Position numbers and translations under genes: made by a program. Source: Camelus dromedarius (taxonomy: Eukaryota). From it: 64,000 nucleotides of DNA. Of this stretch, positions 13,379 through 26,610 are shown piece after piece (positions within the stretch are counted from its first letter, which is position 1; every line of letters starts with the position of its first letter). A model generated the notes under the pieces. It was not told the origin of the DNA. It did not search any database and saw only the letters and a list, made by a program, of their open reading frames with translations. The stretch lies in contig NC_087437.1 in NCBI RefSeq assembly GCF_036321535.1, forward strand, positions 41,480,001 to 41,544,000, written 5' to 3'.

Positions 13379-15014
13379 GTATGTGTTAGGTGTATTTAGC
13401 GATGAGAGTTCACGTTTGGTCCACGTCATGCTGCCATCTGACATATGGACTGCGCTTTAAAAGCCCACCTCCAGTTGAGAAGGGGAATGGATTTGGTGAG
13501 ATGGCAGGAACCCAAACAGTGAGAGTGGTCTCATGATACCTTTCTGCCAGCTGCAGATAAATTGAATTGGTTTGCTCCATATGTCTCCTTCTGCACATTT
13601 TGGATAGAACTCCACCTTGCCAGCATTGGGAGCTATCTCTTTCTCCAACTTGCCCTCCTCATCTTTTATTTATTGAGCATCAACTATGTAGCAGATCTCA
13701 CGTAGGTGCTTTCTTCCCTGCAAACTCTGAGGTAGAGCCTCTTATCATCACTGTACACGTGATAAATCTGAGGCTTAGAAAGATTAAGCAAGTAACCTGC
13801 CCACAAAAATACAACTGGCAAGTGGCTCTGCAGAGAGCTGAACTCAATATTGTCATCCTCTTTAATCCTTTCTGTTTGGCTTGAATATTCATTCATATAT
13901 TCACTAGATTAATAATCACTAAGCACCAATTAAGTGTTAGATCTTAGTGATAAAGCAGGGAGCCAGATGGCCATGGCCCTGAGTTCACATTGTTGAGGTG
14001 GAACGCCGGAGCATGCATAGGAATTAATTACGAAAAAGTTAAGAGAAGAATATCCCATGATTCCTCTTAATAGAGCTAACCTGTTGAAATGCCGCCATTC
14101 TGGGCCTGGGTGATATGACCTATTTTGTCACGTTGGTATACCTTAAAGAGCAATGGAAGGAGTTTATCTATGGAGGGCAAGGACTTTGTCATTTAGGATG
14201 GCTTAGGATTTAAGCCTGCTCACTCCCCAGGGACCCAGCATCTACTACTCTGTTGCTAGTCCTTCTTCGGTTCAGTTCTCAGCACTGCAAAACAGAGAGG
14301 GCAAACCCCCGAGGTAGTTTGAGGGCTGTGCAAGGGGCGGGTTGAGTATACTTACAGTTCAAAAGAGAGTAGGATTGGGCTTTGAAAACAACCAATTGTC
14401 TCTATCACAAGGTTTACTACTTATGTCCCACAAACATAAGAGATTGTTCCTTGCATTCATTTTATGACCAAGATTCTTCCAAAGGACAGGAAAGAGTAGT
14501 GAAAAATTAGCCTGGGCTGGCGAACATGTTGCACGTTGCTGAGAATGTGTTCATCTGTGCTCGTGTGGTGGTCTCAGTAGACTTAGGCTGGCTCCTGGTT
14601 TGGCATTTGGAAGGGGTCCATTTGCCACCTTAGAAGGCACTGGGCAGAGAGAAGCTTTTACATGCTTTTCTCAAGGCTGCAATGCACAATCCACTCCTGA
14701 ATGACCAGCGCTGGGGTCTAGAATGAACATCCCCAACCTCCCACCCTGGTTGAGGTTTCCTCTGATAGTGTCATTTTCTGTCTCAAAAACTTCTGAGTGC
14801 TGCCCAGAGAGTGGAAAATACAGTCCAAACATCCCCAGCCTGACCTTCAAAGCTCTCTGTGGTCTGGCTTCTGCGTTCTCATCCTGCTTAGTCTTCTTCT
14901 GTGTACCCCCATGTCCCTGCTGAGCCTGCCTCTGAGTGGCCAGTCAGTCCACGCTCCCCTGATTATGCTCAGTGCAGTCCAGTCTCCCAACCCTGCTCAG
15001 CCTCTTCCACCTGC

Positions 15015-15530
15015 CAGCGTGACAGATTATAACAATGCCCTCAATTTCCCCCCAGTCTTTCCACATCCCTTCAGAATATGGCTTTCCTTTCTATTTCCCA
15101 TCAAGAAATGGACCTTTCTCCCTCCCCATGAATCTGGGCAGGCCTTGTGACTTGCCTGGGCCAGCAAGAGGCAATAGAAGTGATGCAATGCAAGTTCTGA
15201 GCCTAAGCCTTAAGAAGCCTTGCATGCTTTTTGTTCACTCTCGTGGAACCCCGCTGCCACCATGGGAGCAAGCCCAGGCTAGTTTACTTAGATGCTAAGA
15301 CACATGTGGCTCAGTCTCCCTGTCTCTCAATCTGACAGCCATCCAGCCACTAATGAACCTACTAGAGGACTGTGGATGCTTGAGTGAATGATGGCTGCTG
15401 ATACCAAGGTCACCAAGCCCAGCCCAGATTTGCAGGGCTGCCCATCTCATCTGTAGACAGACAAGCAAAAACAAATCATGGTTGTTTTTAACCACTAAGA
15501 TTTAGGGTAGGTTAAGAGATAACTAATAAA
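15015..15530 (+). mobile_element. MaLR solo LTR (MLT1F/G-like)
   Basis: gaatctgggcaggccttgtgacttgc...gagcctaagccttaagaagccttgc...ttgtttttaaccactaagatttaggg...gataactaata. Confidence 0.85.
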
Positions 15531-16767
15531 ACCCTGGAATCTGTTTTCCATTCATCCCAACAAACTTACACTCAAAAGCCTGCTATGTGACTTGATCTGA
15601 GCCGGGCATCGGGGGTTTAGAACAAACGGAGACTATCTCCAGGAATTTCCCATTTTCTTCAGTTTGTGCCTTTGAAGTTCAGTTCTTTCAAGACAATCAA
15701 GTCCCATCTCCCAGATGTCTTCCCAGATCTTCCCAGGCAGCATGAATCTCTCCCTTTTGCAGCCTCAGCTGACTGTATGTATGTCACAGTCCCTCTCTGA
15801 ATTCTTTCTCACCTGGGCTGCCGTAAGAGCCGTCTTATTACTCTTTGTCTAGCCTGCTCTATTCCCCACAGCCTTATAGTGTGAGCTTTCTGAATGCAAA
15901 CCATGTTATGCCTCTCAGAGTAAATCTCTTCACTGGCCTTCTGTCACCCCCACGACAGAGTCCCAAATCCACCTCTGTGCTCTGCCCCCTGCACTCCAGC
16001 TTAATCTTCCACCATTCCCAGCTTCATGCTTTTTCCAGTGTGACCATAAATAATTCCCTCTTCTCTGTTCTCTCTTCCAGGAACATTCTCTCCACCCCAG
16101 TCTGCCTGATATGCTGCTATTTACCTTCTTAGGCTCAGATGTCACCTCCTCCAGGAAGTCTTTATTGAACTTTCCCCTTGCCCCACCCCTCTGAAGACAG
16201 AGTTGATCACTCCCTACCTCTGTGCCTTGTAATATTGTTACTGTGCACCACCGCAATTTCTTTCATTTACATATCTCAAGCCAAATATTTGTTAATTCAA
16301 GGCCTAGGCATTAATTTAATCTGTATATCTAGTAAGCCCTCAGGCAAAACCTTTTCACTTAGGAAATAATAAATGTTTTTTGAATGAATAAACAAATGAT
16401 TTAAGGAATGAGTAAAGACTGCCATTACAGTTACTCTCTCCAACCCAAGAAGATAAATATTCATATCTATATAGCACACGTACAGTATTCTTGTACAAAT
16501 AAAGTTTCTTTATTTCCTAAGAGAAACCTGTGCCTAGGAGACAGAGGAAGAGAATCAAAGTGTCTTGGAGAAGAAGTTAAGAATCACCAGTTGTAATGGG
16601 AGATTGATGGTCTGAAAGCTGAACAACTGCTGTGAGGTTTTGTCTGACCTTTTTTGAATCCTGGACCATGATGCCCAGTCTCTGTATTTTTTACAAAAGG
16701 AATTTCAGTCTTCTTGTATAATATTTCTGAAAAAATAGTAAAGAGGGCCTCTCTCATCCCAGCGAAC

Positions 16768-16874
16768 ACTTCCTGTTTATTCTTGCTGCCCCTCTCCAAG
16801 TCTTTCACACCACACATGCTTCCGGGAATCGGTCATCCCAGCACACGCCCACCCGAAGCAAACTACCCCCGCCC
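16768..16874. promoter_or_regulatory. Candidate enhancer: FOX:ETS + STAT + KLF/SP motif cluster
   Basis: ATAAACAGGAAGT on minus (16768-16780), TTCCGGGAA (16820-16828), CACGCCCACCC (16844-16854), CCCCGCCC (16867-16874); CpGs locally retained. Confidence 0.4.
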
Positions 16875-17689
16875 AAGAGGATGTTACTCCTCCTTTCTCA
16901 GTTTTCTTCTCCCCTCTTCTTCCCGACTCTTTAGACAACTTAGCCTCGAAGTCATCCCACACTGGCCTTTCTTCCCCCGTTTTGAAATCACCAAAGCCTA
17001 GGTGGATGTGTGGCATAGAAATCTAACTTTCTTAGTAAGGAGGAGCCAGAGGAAAAAAAATATCACTGGAAATGATTGCGTGTCCCTAATGAAAGCACGG
17101 TGGATGAGGTGAGGAACAGCTATACTTTGACGCAGTTTTGTAGATAATTATTCTGTCCCCGCTTGGTATGATCTGATTTATCTTTCTGATTTGTCTATGA
17201 GGTTTTTTCGTTGGTCCATAGCAAGAGAAAAATAAACTAGTAAGCTTGTAAAAAACAATTATTAAAATGAATTTTTTTCAACTGTCCTTTAGTCTAGTAT
17301 CTACCTTTCTGGAGTTATCTTTTAAGTAAATCACTGGGATGGAAGATGGTTTTTTTTATGTTCTTATTGGCAAATAGAAAGTTGGCAAGCATATGTAAGT
17401 CCACTATTTAAAAAAATTTTTTACTAGTTCATACAAATCCTAAAGATAGAAACCATAGATCTACTGTTTATTAAGAGATTTTTTAAAAGGGCTCTAATTG
17501 AAGGAAGAGGAGAAAGGAAAAGAGAGATTAGATGTCCTAAACTCTAGTAAAGCATTTCTGAATGCTGTTCTTACTCCTTGCCCTGTTCTCAGGCTGGAGG
17601 TCTGAACCCTGTGGACTTTCAAAGGTACTATGGTGAAGATACCTAAGCTATTGGTGAAATTTCAAAAAGTCTAAAGAAAACTACCATTT

Positions 17690-17990
17690 GCAACTTAAAT
17701 GAACCTTGAAAATGTGCCAAGTATAAGAATCCAGACAGAAAAGCCACATATTGTATGATTCTACTTGTATGCCACATGCAGAATAGGCAAATCTATGGAG
17801 ACAGAAAGTAGGTTAGTGGTTGCCAGAGACTGCCGAGAGAGAGCAATGGGGAGTGACTGCTAGTGGGTTTTATTTCGGTGTGATAAACATGTTATGGCAT
17901 TAGATAGTGGTGATGGATACAACTTTCTGAATATACCAAAAGCCACTGAATTGGACACTTTAAAAAACAGAAAATAAAAAATAAACTAAA
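17690..17990 (+). mobile_element. Old LINE-1 (L1MB-like) 3' end
   Basis: gaaccttgaaaa...aggcaaatctatggagacagaaagtaggttagtggttgccag...cactgaattggacactttaaaa. Confidence 0.85.
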
Positions 17991-19489
17991 ACAGTTTCAT
18001 GGGTATTATTATCTAAAACGTATGCGGGGGGAAGGAGTAAACATGAACCCTTAGAGAGAGATTCGGGAAACATGGCTATACACAGATTAAATCTATGTTA
18101 GAAGTCAGCTGTTCTGTATCCTCAGTTTATCCATATCCAGCCATACCAGGGGGCATTCATATTACTTCTTACAGTTCAAATGTTCACTCCCCCTTCCTTT
18201 GGAACACCCTTAGTGCCCAAACAGGCCTCTCTGTGCCAAACCGCTAAGAGTTCCAGGAAGAAAGGAGAAAGTGGCCAACTCCCCTTTGTCTCTCTTTGCC
18301 CCCTGGGCCTGAAAGACACATTGCTCGTTTCCCAGAGCATCACAGAAAACCCTGAGTGTGAGGGCTTGAACTGCATCTGAGCCCTCTCTCCACAGCTGAT
18401 TGGTGGATGAGCGGGTCCAGCTCAGGATGCAGCCTGGGCTGCTCTCCTCCATCTACAACCATTCACTCCCACAGGACTGTGCTCCCAGGATAAGTTGATC
18501 TCAGTCCGTAAGACACAGTTATACTCAAGTTCAAACTTGGGTTCAGCTGCAGCTCCCTCTGAACTCCTACAATATTTCATCCCTAACTGATCTGCCCATA
18601 GCGAGCATTCTGAAGCCAAAGTGAAAAAAAAAAGATTACGTTAAATAAAATTAGGGAGTGAATTTTGTCTCAGTTTCTGCCCGTTGGGACTCTGGTGTCC
18701 TATTCATTCCCTGACAAAAATGGTAGTTTCCTACCTTGTAAAGGAAAGAAGTGCCTCCTGCAGTCAAGACTAAGAATTTCCCAGGAAACTCCCTATGCTG
18801 TCAGGGAGTATGGAGATGGAAGGAGCTTCCCAGGGCAGCTGATGCAACATCCCAGTGATTGCACGGGTCACTTCTCGTGTGTCCCGGCTGGTGTCCATCA
18901 AGTCTCAACTTGCATACGTCCTGGGAAGAGGCATTTTTCTCTTTTACACTGTTATATAACCATTGTGTGTCCACGCAATTGTGAAGCCCACTATTTATAT
19001 AATGCTCTATCACTAACAAAATTATACTCACATATCTTGTTTTATTTAATTATTACACCAATCTTGTAGGAAAGGCATTGTTACCTTCATTCTGCCTTTC
19101 AGAAAACTGAGTTTCAAAGGTATTAAATGAGTTGCCCGAGGTTACAGAGTCAGGATTCAAACTCTGAGCTTCTAAAATCAAGCCCAATGTTGTTTTCACA
19201 CTAAAACCGCAGCCTTCTAGAGTTTTTAGAGGATGGAGACCTTATGTTTATGCCTTTCTTGTGCAATGCTTTAATACAGACTGTTTCAGTAAATTAATTT
19301 ATTTTCAAGGGAAAATTTTACTTAGTAGGTAGAGTGTAGCATAGTAGAATTATAAAGAGCTGAATTTGAACTCCACCTTGACCTCTTACAAGGTGTTAGA
19401 CATTGGACAAGTAACTTAACCTTGCAACTCTCTCATTTATAACGTGATTTATCAAAGGTATTTATATTTTTATTTGTTATAACTGTATC

Positions 19490-20046
19490 TATTTGCCAGT
19501 CTCCTAAGATGGTCCCTCGGTGAATCACGTGGCTTAGTATCTACATCTTTGTATAAATCTCTCCCTTTGAATCTGGATTGGTCCTGTGACTCATGTTTGG
19601 CCAATAAAATTCATGGAAATGACTCAGCATGACTTCCGAGGTGAGGTCATAAGAAACCTTGCAGAGTCCACCTAGTTCCCTCAGGACATTCCATCTAGGG
19701 GTAAAAAGCTGCCATATAAGAAATCTGACCACTCGGAGGTTGCCATGCTGGGAGGAAGCCCAAGTTGGACTGCGGAAAAGACCCAGAGAAGAGATGCCTC
19801 GCCAGCCCCCGGGTGTTCCAGCTATCCCAGCTCAGGAGACAGACATGAGAGGAGAAGCCGTCGTGAATGCCCAGCACAACTGAGTCACCAGAGGTCTCCA
19901 GTCACTTCTCACAGTGACTGCATGAAATCCCTAAAGACAACTGCTCAGCTGAGCTCTGTTAACACACACAACCATGAGGGACAATAAGGAATTGTTGCTT
20001 TAAACCACTGAGTTTTGGGATGGTTTGTTACACAGCAATAAATAGA
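19490..20046 (+). mobile_element. MaLR solo LTR (MLT1F-like) interrupting a MIR
   Basis: ctaagatggtccc...ctttgaatctggattggtcctgtgactc...ttgctttaaaccactgagttttgggatggtttgttacacagcaata; MIR pieces on both sides. Confidence 0.85.
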
Positions 20047-21204
20047 GTGCATGAGGGTGATAACCATACTTATCGTATAGAAATGTTGTAAAGATTATAA
20101 TCATACTTACCACATAGAAATGTTGTAAACATTACATAAGATAATGTATTTAAATGCCCATAGTAGGCAGTCAGTAAATTGCAGATTATTATTGTCACTG
20201 TTATATTTAATTCTAGGCCTCGTTGAAGTCTTTATTTTAGGTAGCTAACTCATACATATGTTCCACAGATTTTAAAACTCTTAAGAACAGAGAGTAATGT
20301 GCCCCATGGAAGGAAAATGTACATTAGCCAAAAGCCGTAAGGAGTTCTAGACTCCTCTCCTTTGCTAGATGTCTTTTTCTCTATTTCTTTATATTTGGTT
20401 TTGTTGGGCCAGTTTCTGCTCCCTCCAGTTTCAGCCCATGACCAGGATCTTATCTGCCCTATTTAAGGCGTTCCTTAGATCCATAATCACCACACACAGC
20501 CGTGCTAGTTGTCTGTTGCATAAACTCTTTCTTTCAGTCTTACTCTCTTTCCAAAATGGAAAAATATTTTTTTTCAAATACATTGGTGTTACCAAACATA
20601 TTGATTAATCAGAGGGCCAAAAGGTTTTATTCTGTAATATTTTAACCCTAATGCAATCTAAGCTGGCGTCGTCCCATGCTTTTGAGCTCATACAAATATA
20701 CAATCATAAATTTGCCCAGGCCACACTTATCCAGTGTGATTGAGGAGTGAGAGGGCATCACGACTCATAAATTGATGATGAGGTTGGGCCCAGACAAACT
20801 AATGGAGAATGTACTTTTTTTAATCTGGAAAAATTTTGTAAAGGACACGAACTGAACGGTCATGTGACCTGGCTTTGATAATTACATCTGATACTTTTGT
20901 GGTAGTTTCCTGTTTCCAAGGGCTTTCCGATTTGAGTCTCAACCCTGTCCTCATAGAAATTAGGACTGGAATTTTCATCCCCATTGCACAGATGAGGAAA
21001 CTGAGACTAAGAGAGTTTAAACAATTTCTTTCTGGCCTCAGCTCACAGTCTGAGACTGGCTCTGTGACAGTAAAGTAACTTTCATCAGGCCAGCAAGCAA
21101 GTTTCAATTCAGCAAGAGTGAGAACTAGAAACTCATGAATGTAGAGATGGGGTAAACTTCTCCTTAAGTTACTAAGCAGGAATTTTTCTTGTGCTTTTAT
21201 ACTA

Positions 21205-21815
21205 TGGGTCTACAATTTCTTATCTACTACCTCTGGGGTTGTATGTGCTTTGACATTTAGAATATTTCAGATACACACACACACTAACAGGGAATACTTT
21301 ATAATTAAACATGTTGATTTTTGCAGCATAATGTGTAAATATTCATGTTAAATGAGATAAAGATTATAAATGGCTTTGTTCCAGTTCATGTCAAGTGCGA
21401 TTTTACTACCAAGTGAGTTCACTACAAATGTGTAAACAAAGCAAAAAACTAATGTTTTTCCTCACGGACATAGAAAACAAACTATGGTTACCAAAGGGGA
21501 AAGCAGGGGGTTGGGGGGATAAATTAGGAGTTTGGGATTAACAGATACACCCTACTATATATAAAATAGATAAACAGCAAGGACCTACTGTATAGCACAG
21601 GGAACTCTATGCAATTTCTTGTAATAAGCTATAATGGAAAAGAATCTGAAAACAATGTATATGTAGGTATATGTGTAACTGAACCACTTTGCTGTACAAC
21701 TGAAACTAACATTGTAAATCAACTACACTTCAATAAAAAATAAAATTAAAACAAAACTTTTGCTTTTCAAACCTTTTAGACTTTAGGATTGTGGAAAGTG
21801 GATTGTGGAGTCATA
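21205..21815. mobile_element. MER46C-like Tigger MITE, split by L1
   Basis: Ends gggtctacaatttcttatc... and ...gaaagtggattgtggagtc are decayed inverted termini; internal sequence follows the recalled MER46C consensus. Confidence 0.7.
21461..21752 (+). mobile_element. LINE-1 3' UTR fragment inserted in MER46C
   Basis: Homologous to 8440-8725; decayed 16-bp TSD aaaactaatgtttttc (21445-21460) / aaaacttttgcttttc (21753-21768). Confidence 0.9.
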
Positions 21816-24800
21816 TTCATACCATAAAGATGATCACTTGCCTGTGCTCTTCTGCCATCGGGAACGTCACTCGCTGGCCTAGTGGGATGTTCTCAGGCTT
21901 TCTGCAGGAAGGCTGACTGGAACAAACAGTTTGCACCTGCTTGTCTGTCTTCTGTAGCTGGCATGCTCTCAAAGGAAGGGCCTTGGCTGAGTTTGAAGTA
22001 TAGTTCCAGGCTTTGGGGAGACAAGCCAGTGAACTCAGCTAATAAACTCTTTTATCCAAAATCCCTAAGGGTGAGAGGAGAAAAGAAAAAGAAATTAAAA
22101 CGGAATAGCAGCCCACTTTCAACTCCATGAGAGCTGATCACATGATGAAGCCAGGGGCCTCTCATCAAGAAATTCCACATTTGATGAAGCAATTTCATTC
22201 TGGAAGCCCTAGATGAGTGAGACCTGCAAGGAACCCATTATGAAGCCATCAAGATGGGTTGACAGAAGTGAGATTCATACATTAATATTCATGGAAGCAA
22301 TAATTATGATACTACTCCCCATTTTGGTCCCTGCCTGCAAGACAAGGCTGGGCCCTATCCCGTGCCAAGAGGAGACAGGGTGTTTTCCAAGGACACTTAA
22401 GCTCGCTGTGTTTGCACAATTGGCCTTCTTTTCAGCATCCTTTAAATGGAGCAGGGTCAGTTTTGCTGTCTGGTTATCCCTAGCAGCCTCATCAGTTGAA
22501 TGTCACTTTGTGTCAAGGTGACACCTCTCACGGGGGGGGGGGGGGTGTAAATGGATGGCACCAAGGTGGGGGAGTGAGTGGCATGGGGACGAGCCCAGGA
22601 CCTGAAGGCCCTTGCTCTCTGCCATCATCTACTGAAAGAGCAGGTGATGCTGACTCGGTGTGTCCCGGGATGTCCGAGGGAGCAACTGCTCAGCCAGAGG
22701 CAAAGGGAAAACGTTCACCTTTGATAAAGGAGGGAGGAAATGCATTGTGAACAAAGCTTTTCTTGTGGTGCTTTTGTTTTTGTTTTTTTCTACTCTGCTT
22801 ACATTCATTTCCCTCATACTTCAACTGCAATGATCTTTAAAATCTAATCAATTATTTGGTATCTTCCTTGTTATGATTTAAAAATATGAGGGTAGCTAAT
22901 CTCCGGAGTGCTAGCTTCTTTTGCAGAGTGATTCCCTTATCTCTTGGTTCACCTGACTCAATTCAGTGTTTGAAAAGGCTGTTTTTTTGAACACTTCCTG
23001 TGTATGCAGAGCTCGGAGGCCACAGATAACTGGGTTTGAAGTCCAGGCTTACTGCTTACAAACTGTGAGCATCTGGATGAGTTGCCTAACCATCACAAGA
23101 TGCAACTTCCTCAATTGTAAAAGGGTAACAATGTATGAGAAGTATGTTCTGAGACTCAAATGAGGTAATAATGGGGCTTGTTACGTAAGAGAAACTCAAG
23201 AAAGGTTTATGATAATTAGGTGCTAAGGGGAACACCAAGGTGAATAAAACACACACATTTTAGTGAAGGGAAAATATGGCACAGGTTTTTGTAAATGGCT
23301 TGAGGGCACAAAGAGGAGAGAATTCATTTAAACTGTGAAATGGAGAGTGTGCATTGGATCTGGAACTGGACCGACAGAATACCAACAGGCTGAGGAATGA
23401 GACTGAGAAATTGAGGAAGTCAAAAGTGCTTCTGGGCAGAAAAAACAGTGACGCAGAGGCAGGCAAGAAGTGGGAAGGAGAAATTATACCGTAAGACTTA
23501 GACTGTTCCAGTATTGTATAGATTGAAACCATTCTCGCCCAGTATCTTCACAATTATTCATTTGCTTAAGCAAGTGTTCTGATTTGGGGTTTGAAAAATT
23601 GTCTCTCTAACCTCTATTGCAGCCTTGCAAGATGTATAATAGGGTGAGATTAGGTAGCAGAGGAGAGTGGGAAGTTAGTTGATTGAGCTTAGAAGGGGCC
23701 TTGAATGCTATGAAAAAAAATGAAAGATCCTTAAAGTGCTGCCTAGCGAGCAGTCCTAATAGGCTTTGGGGCTTGAGGGGCGTGGGTTTAGGAAAGTTCT
23801 GTCGCCAAAGTGCAGGATGACTTGGAGAGGAGAGAGGCAAAGGGCAGGGCAAGGGGGGATTAATCAGGGAGTAGCTGCAGCTAAGGCAGAATAAATAAAA
23901 ATCATACAATACGCCAAATACAAAATTAAAAATCATGGCTTCACAGCCAGAAGCTCTACTTCAAGAAGCAGGTCTGTGGCTGGAAGACCAGGCTCCAGGG
24001 CGGCTCTGCGCCTGCGCCGGCCCTGCCACGGGGGCTGGTGCTGTCTGCTCTCGGCGCTCGGCCACTCACCTCCAGGGACTGGGCTTGGCCTTCGGACATA
24101 CAGCAATCCAAAAAATGAGTCGCCATGCTTAGCTACTACTAATAATAAGGTTATTCTCATCACAAAATGCCTCCCTGTGGAAGAGGATCTCACAAGGCCA
24201 TGTAATCCAACAAAAGTGGGTGAATGCAACCCAGCAAATGCAGCTTAGCTCCAGAGCCACCTGGCAAAGCACTGTATGCAACCAGAGGAGATTTGTAGTT
24301 AGTGTAGATGGTATGAGGATCTCCTCATTGCACCAACCTCCTCCAAGCATAACAAAAAGGATTTTCTACTGAACTAGCCAAGGCTAGCAAAACGTTTCTA
24401 AATCCATACAGCTGGGAGCACCCATAACTTTTACTCTAGTAAGTTTGAGTTTTCCTCTAGGGAAATGATTTTGCCTCTCTCCTCTCTGAAGTTCAGCCCT
24501 GAGTATACAGCAGAAGCTGCCTGCAGCTACCTTGCTATGCCTAGAAGCACCCTCCAGAAAGAAATTAAAGGCATTCAGAAGATCAGCTTCCTCTTAAATG
24601 ACACGAATAGGGATGTGAGGCAAACTGGGAGAAGTTGCTCCAAGCTTTAGTGACTCCCTGACTACAAGGCAGACCCTGGGCTGCTTGACAGAGGGAGGTG
24701 ACAGAGCTGGGTCTCAAGGGAAGACTGTAGACTTCTCTGATTTGGCATAGTCATTATCATCTGTCCACCCCGGCCTCGGCAGGGTCTGTCTCGAGATTGG

Positions 24801-25299
24801 TCTTGTAGGCCAATTCTTGAAAGCTACTGAATTGGTGAAGAATTCTGTATAAGAGGCTGAGGCATGTGTTGATATAGTTTGCAAACAGAGAGACCCTAAC
24901 TTTGGCATAGGACTTACCTACCTGAGAATTCAGCTTCTCTTAAATTCTACCTCTCTTACAATTAATCTTTGTGCCTGGCAATCAGCTCATGCTGTCCTCT
25001 GGAGAAAGAAATACTGGTCTCTTGAAGTGCTGTCCAGGGCTCCCTTTGGCACTCACCCTTTGCTTTAAGTTGGCTACTCAATTCCACAGTCTTTAGAGTT
25101 ATTTCCCTTTCAAATGTTAGAGACATTGTACAAGCTAGTGTATACCCTCCCCCTTGTATTAAATTCCCATTCTCTACAGGCGAAAGCTTTAACAATTGCT
25201 TTGTTACAGCATGCCAGGACTTATCAATACCTGCCACTAGTGATGAAGTCATTGTCACCTGGCTGGAGAGTGAACTACTTCATTAGAGTCTGTTGCCCA

Positions 25300-26610
25300 G
25301 AACTACTCAATTATGTCAAATTGGTTGATTGTGTTGTTGAAGACTTCTGTGTACTTACTGATTTTTGCCAACTTGTTCTATCAATTCCTAAGGGAGGCAT
25401 ATTGAAATTTCCAAATAGAATTGTGATTTTGTCTATTTCTTTTTTCAGTTCTTTTAGTTTTTGTTTCATGTATTTTGGAGCTATTATTAGGTGCATACAA
25501 GTTAAGGACTGTTATGACATATTAATGAATTGATGTCTCTATAACTATATAATGTTCCTTTTCCTCTCCAGTAATATTTCTTGTTCTGAAGTCTACTTTG
25601 ACATTAATACCATCACTAGTTTTCTTTTTATTAGTATTTGCATAGTTATGTTTTGTCATCCTCTTCCTTCAATCTAGCTGTGTTGTTTTATTTAAAGTAT
25701 CTTTCTGATAGATAATATATACTGTTCTTATTTTTCTTTCCAAGCTGACAATCTGTGTCTTTTAATTGGATGTTTAAAGTGATTATACTTGATGTAATAA
25801 ATAATATGGTTAGGTTTAAATCTACCATGTTGTCTTTATTTTCTATTTTCCCCATCTGTTCTTTGTTTCTTTCTTCCTCTCTTACTCATCTATTTTACTT
25901 TCTGTTCTATGATGCCATTTTAGCTTCACAATTGGTTTATTATCTGTACTTCCTTAGTTTTTTTATGGTTGTTCTTGTTTATTTTTATTGATCATTCTAG
26001 AATATATATTATTTATCTGTAGCTTGTCATTGTCTACTTTCACCTTAACATATGGTATAAAATCTTTCATCTATTATCCCCACTGGTCTTTGATGTTATT
26101 CATTTTAATTCTGCATATGGTAGAAACCTCACAATTAAAGAGTGAGAGAAAATGCTTTTTTTCTTTTAGATAAACCACATACTTTCCATTTCCAGAGTTC
26201 TTTATTCCTTTGCTGAAAACCCACCTGTGATCACTTTCCTCCAGCCTGAATAACTTCCTTTAACGTTTCTTGTATGGAGGTCTGCTGGCTTTTGTTTGTA
26301 TGAAAAAGTATGCATTTGCCTTTGTTTTTGAAAGACATTTTCAGTGGGTATAAATTTCTCGGTTGACTGTTGTGTTTTCTTTCACTGCTTTAAAGATGTC
26401 ACTCCGTTGTTTCACTTCTGGCTCACAGTTTCTGACAAGAAATGTGTTCTTATCATATCTTGCTTCTTTTCGGTGGCTGCTCTTTATCACTGTTTTTCAG
26501 CAAGTTAACTATAAAGTGCCTATGTCATTTTCTTTCCGTTTATTTTGTTTGAAGTTTGTTGAGATTTTTGGATGTAAAAGTTTACCATTTTTATTAAATT
26601 TTGGAGATTT
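25300..26610 (-). mobile_element. Old LINE-1 (L1M) fragment, ORF2 endonuclease region
   Basis: Minus ORF 25311-25496 APKYMKQKLKELKKEIDKITILFGNFNMPPLGIDR is a degenerate L1 endonuclease segment (I.GDFN.PL..DR motif). Confidence 0.85.

Noticed and set aside
23933..24229. 98-aa minus-strand ORF as a processed pseudogene
   Set aside because: No protein similarity I recognise, no poly(A) or TSD; better explained by a GC-rich patch.
24250..24270. Third CTCF-like motif (minus TTTGCCAGGTGGCTC)
   Set aside because: Lacks the highly conserved CC at the 5' side of the core.
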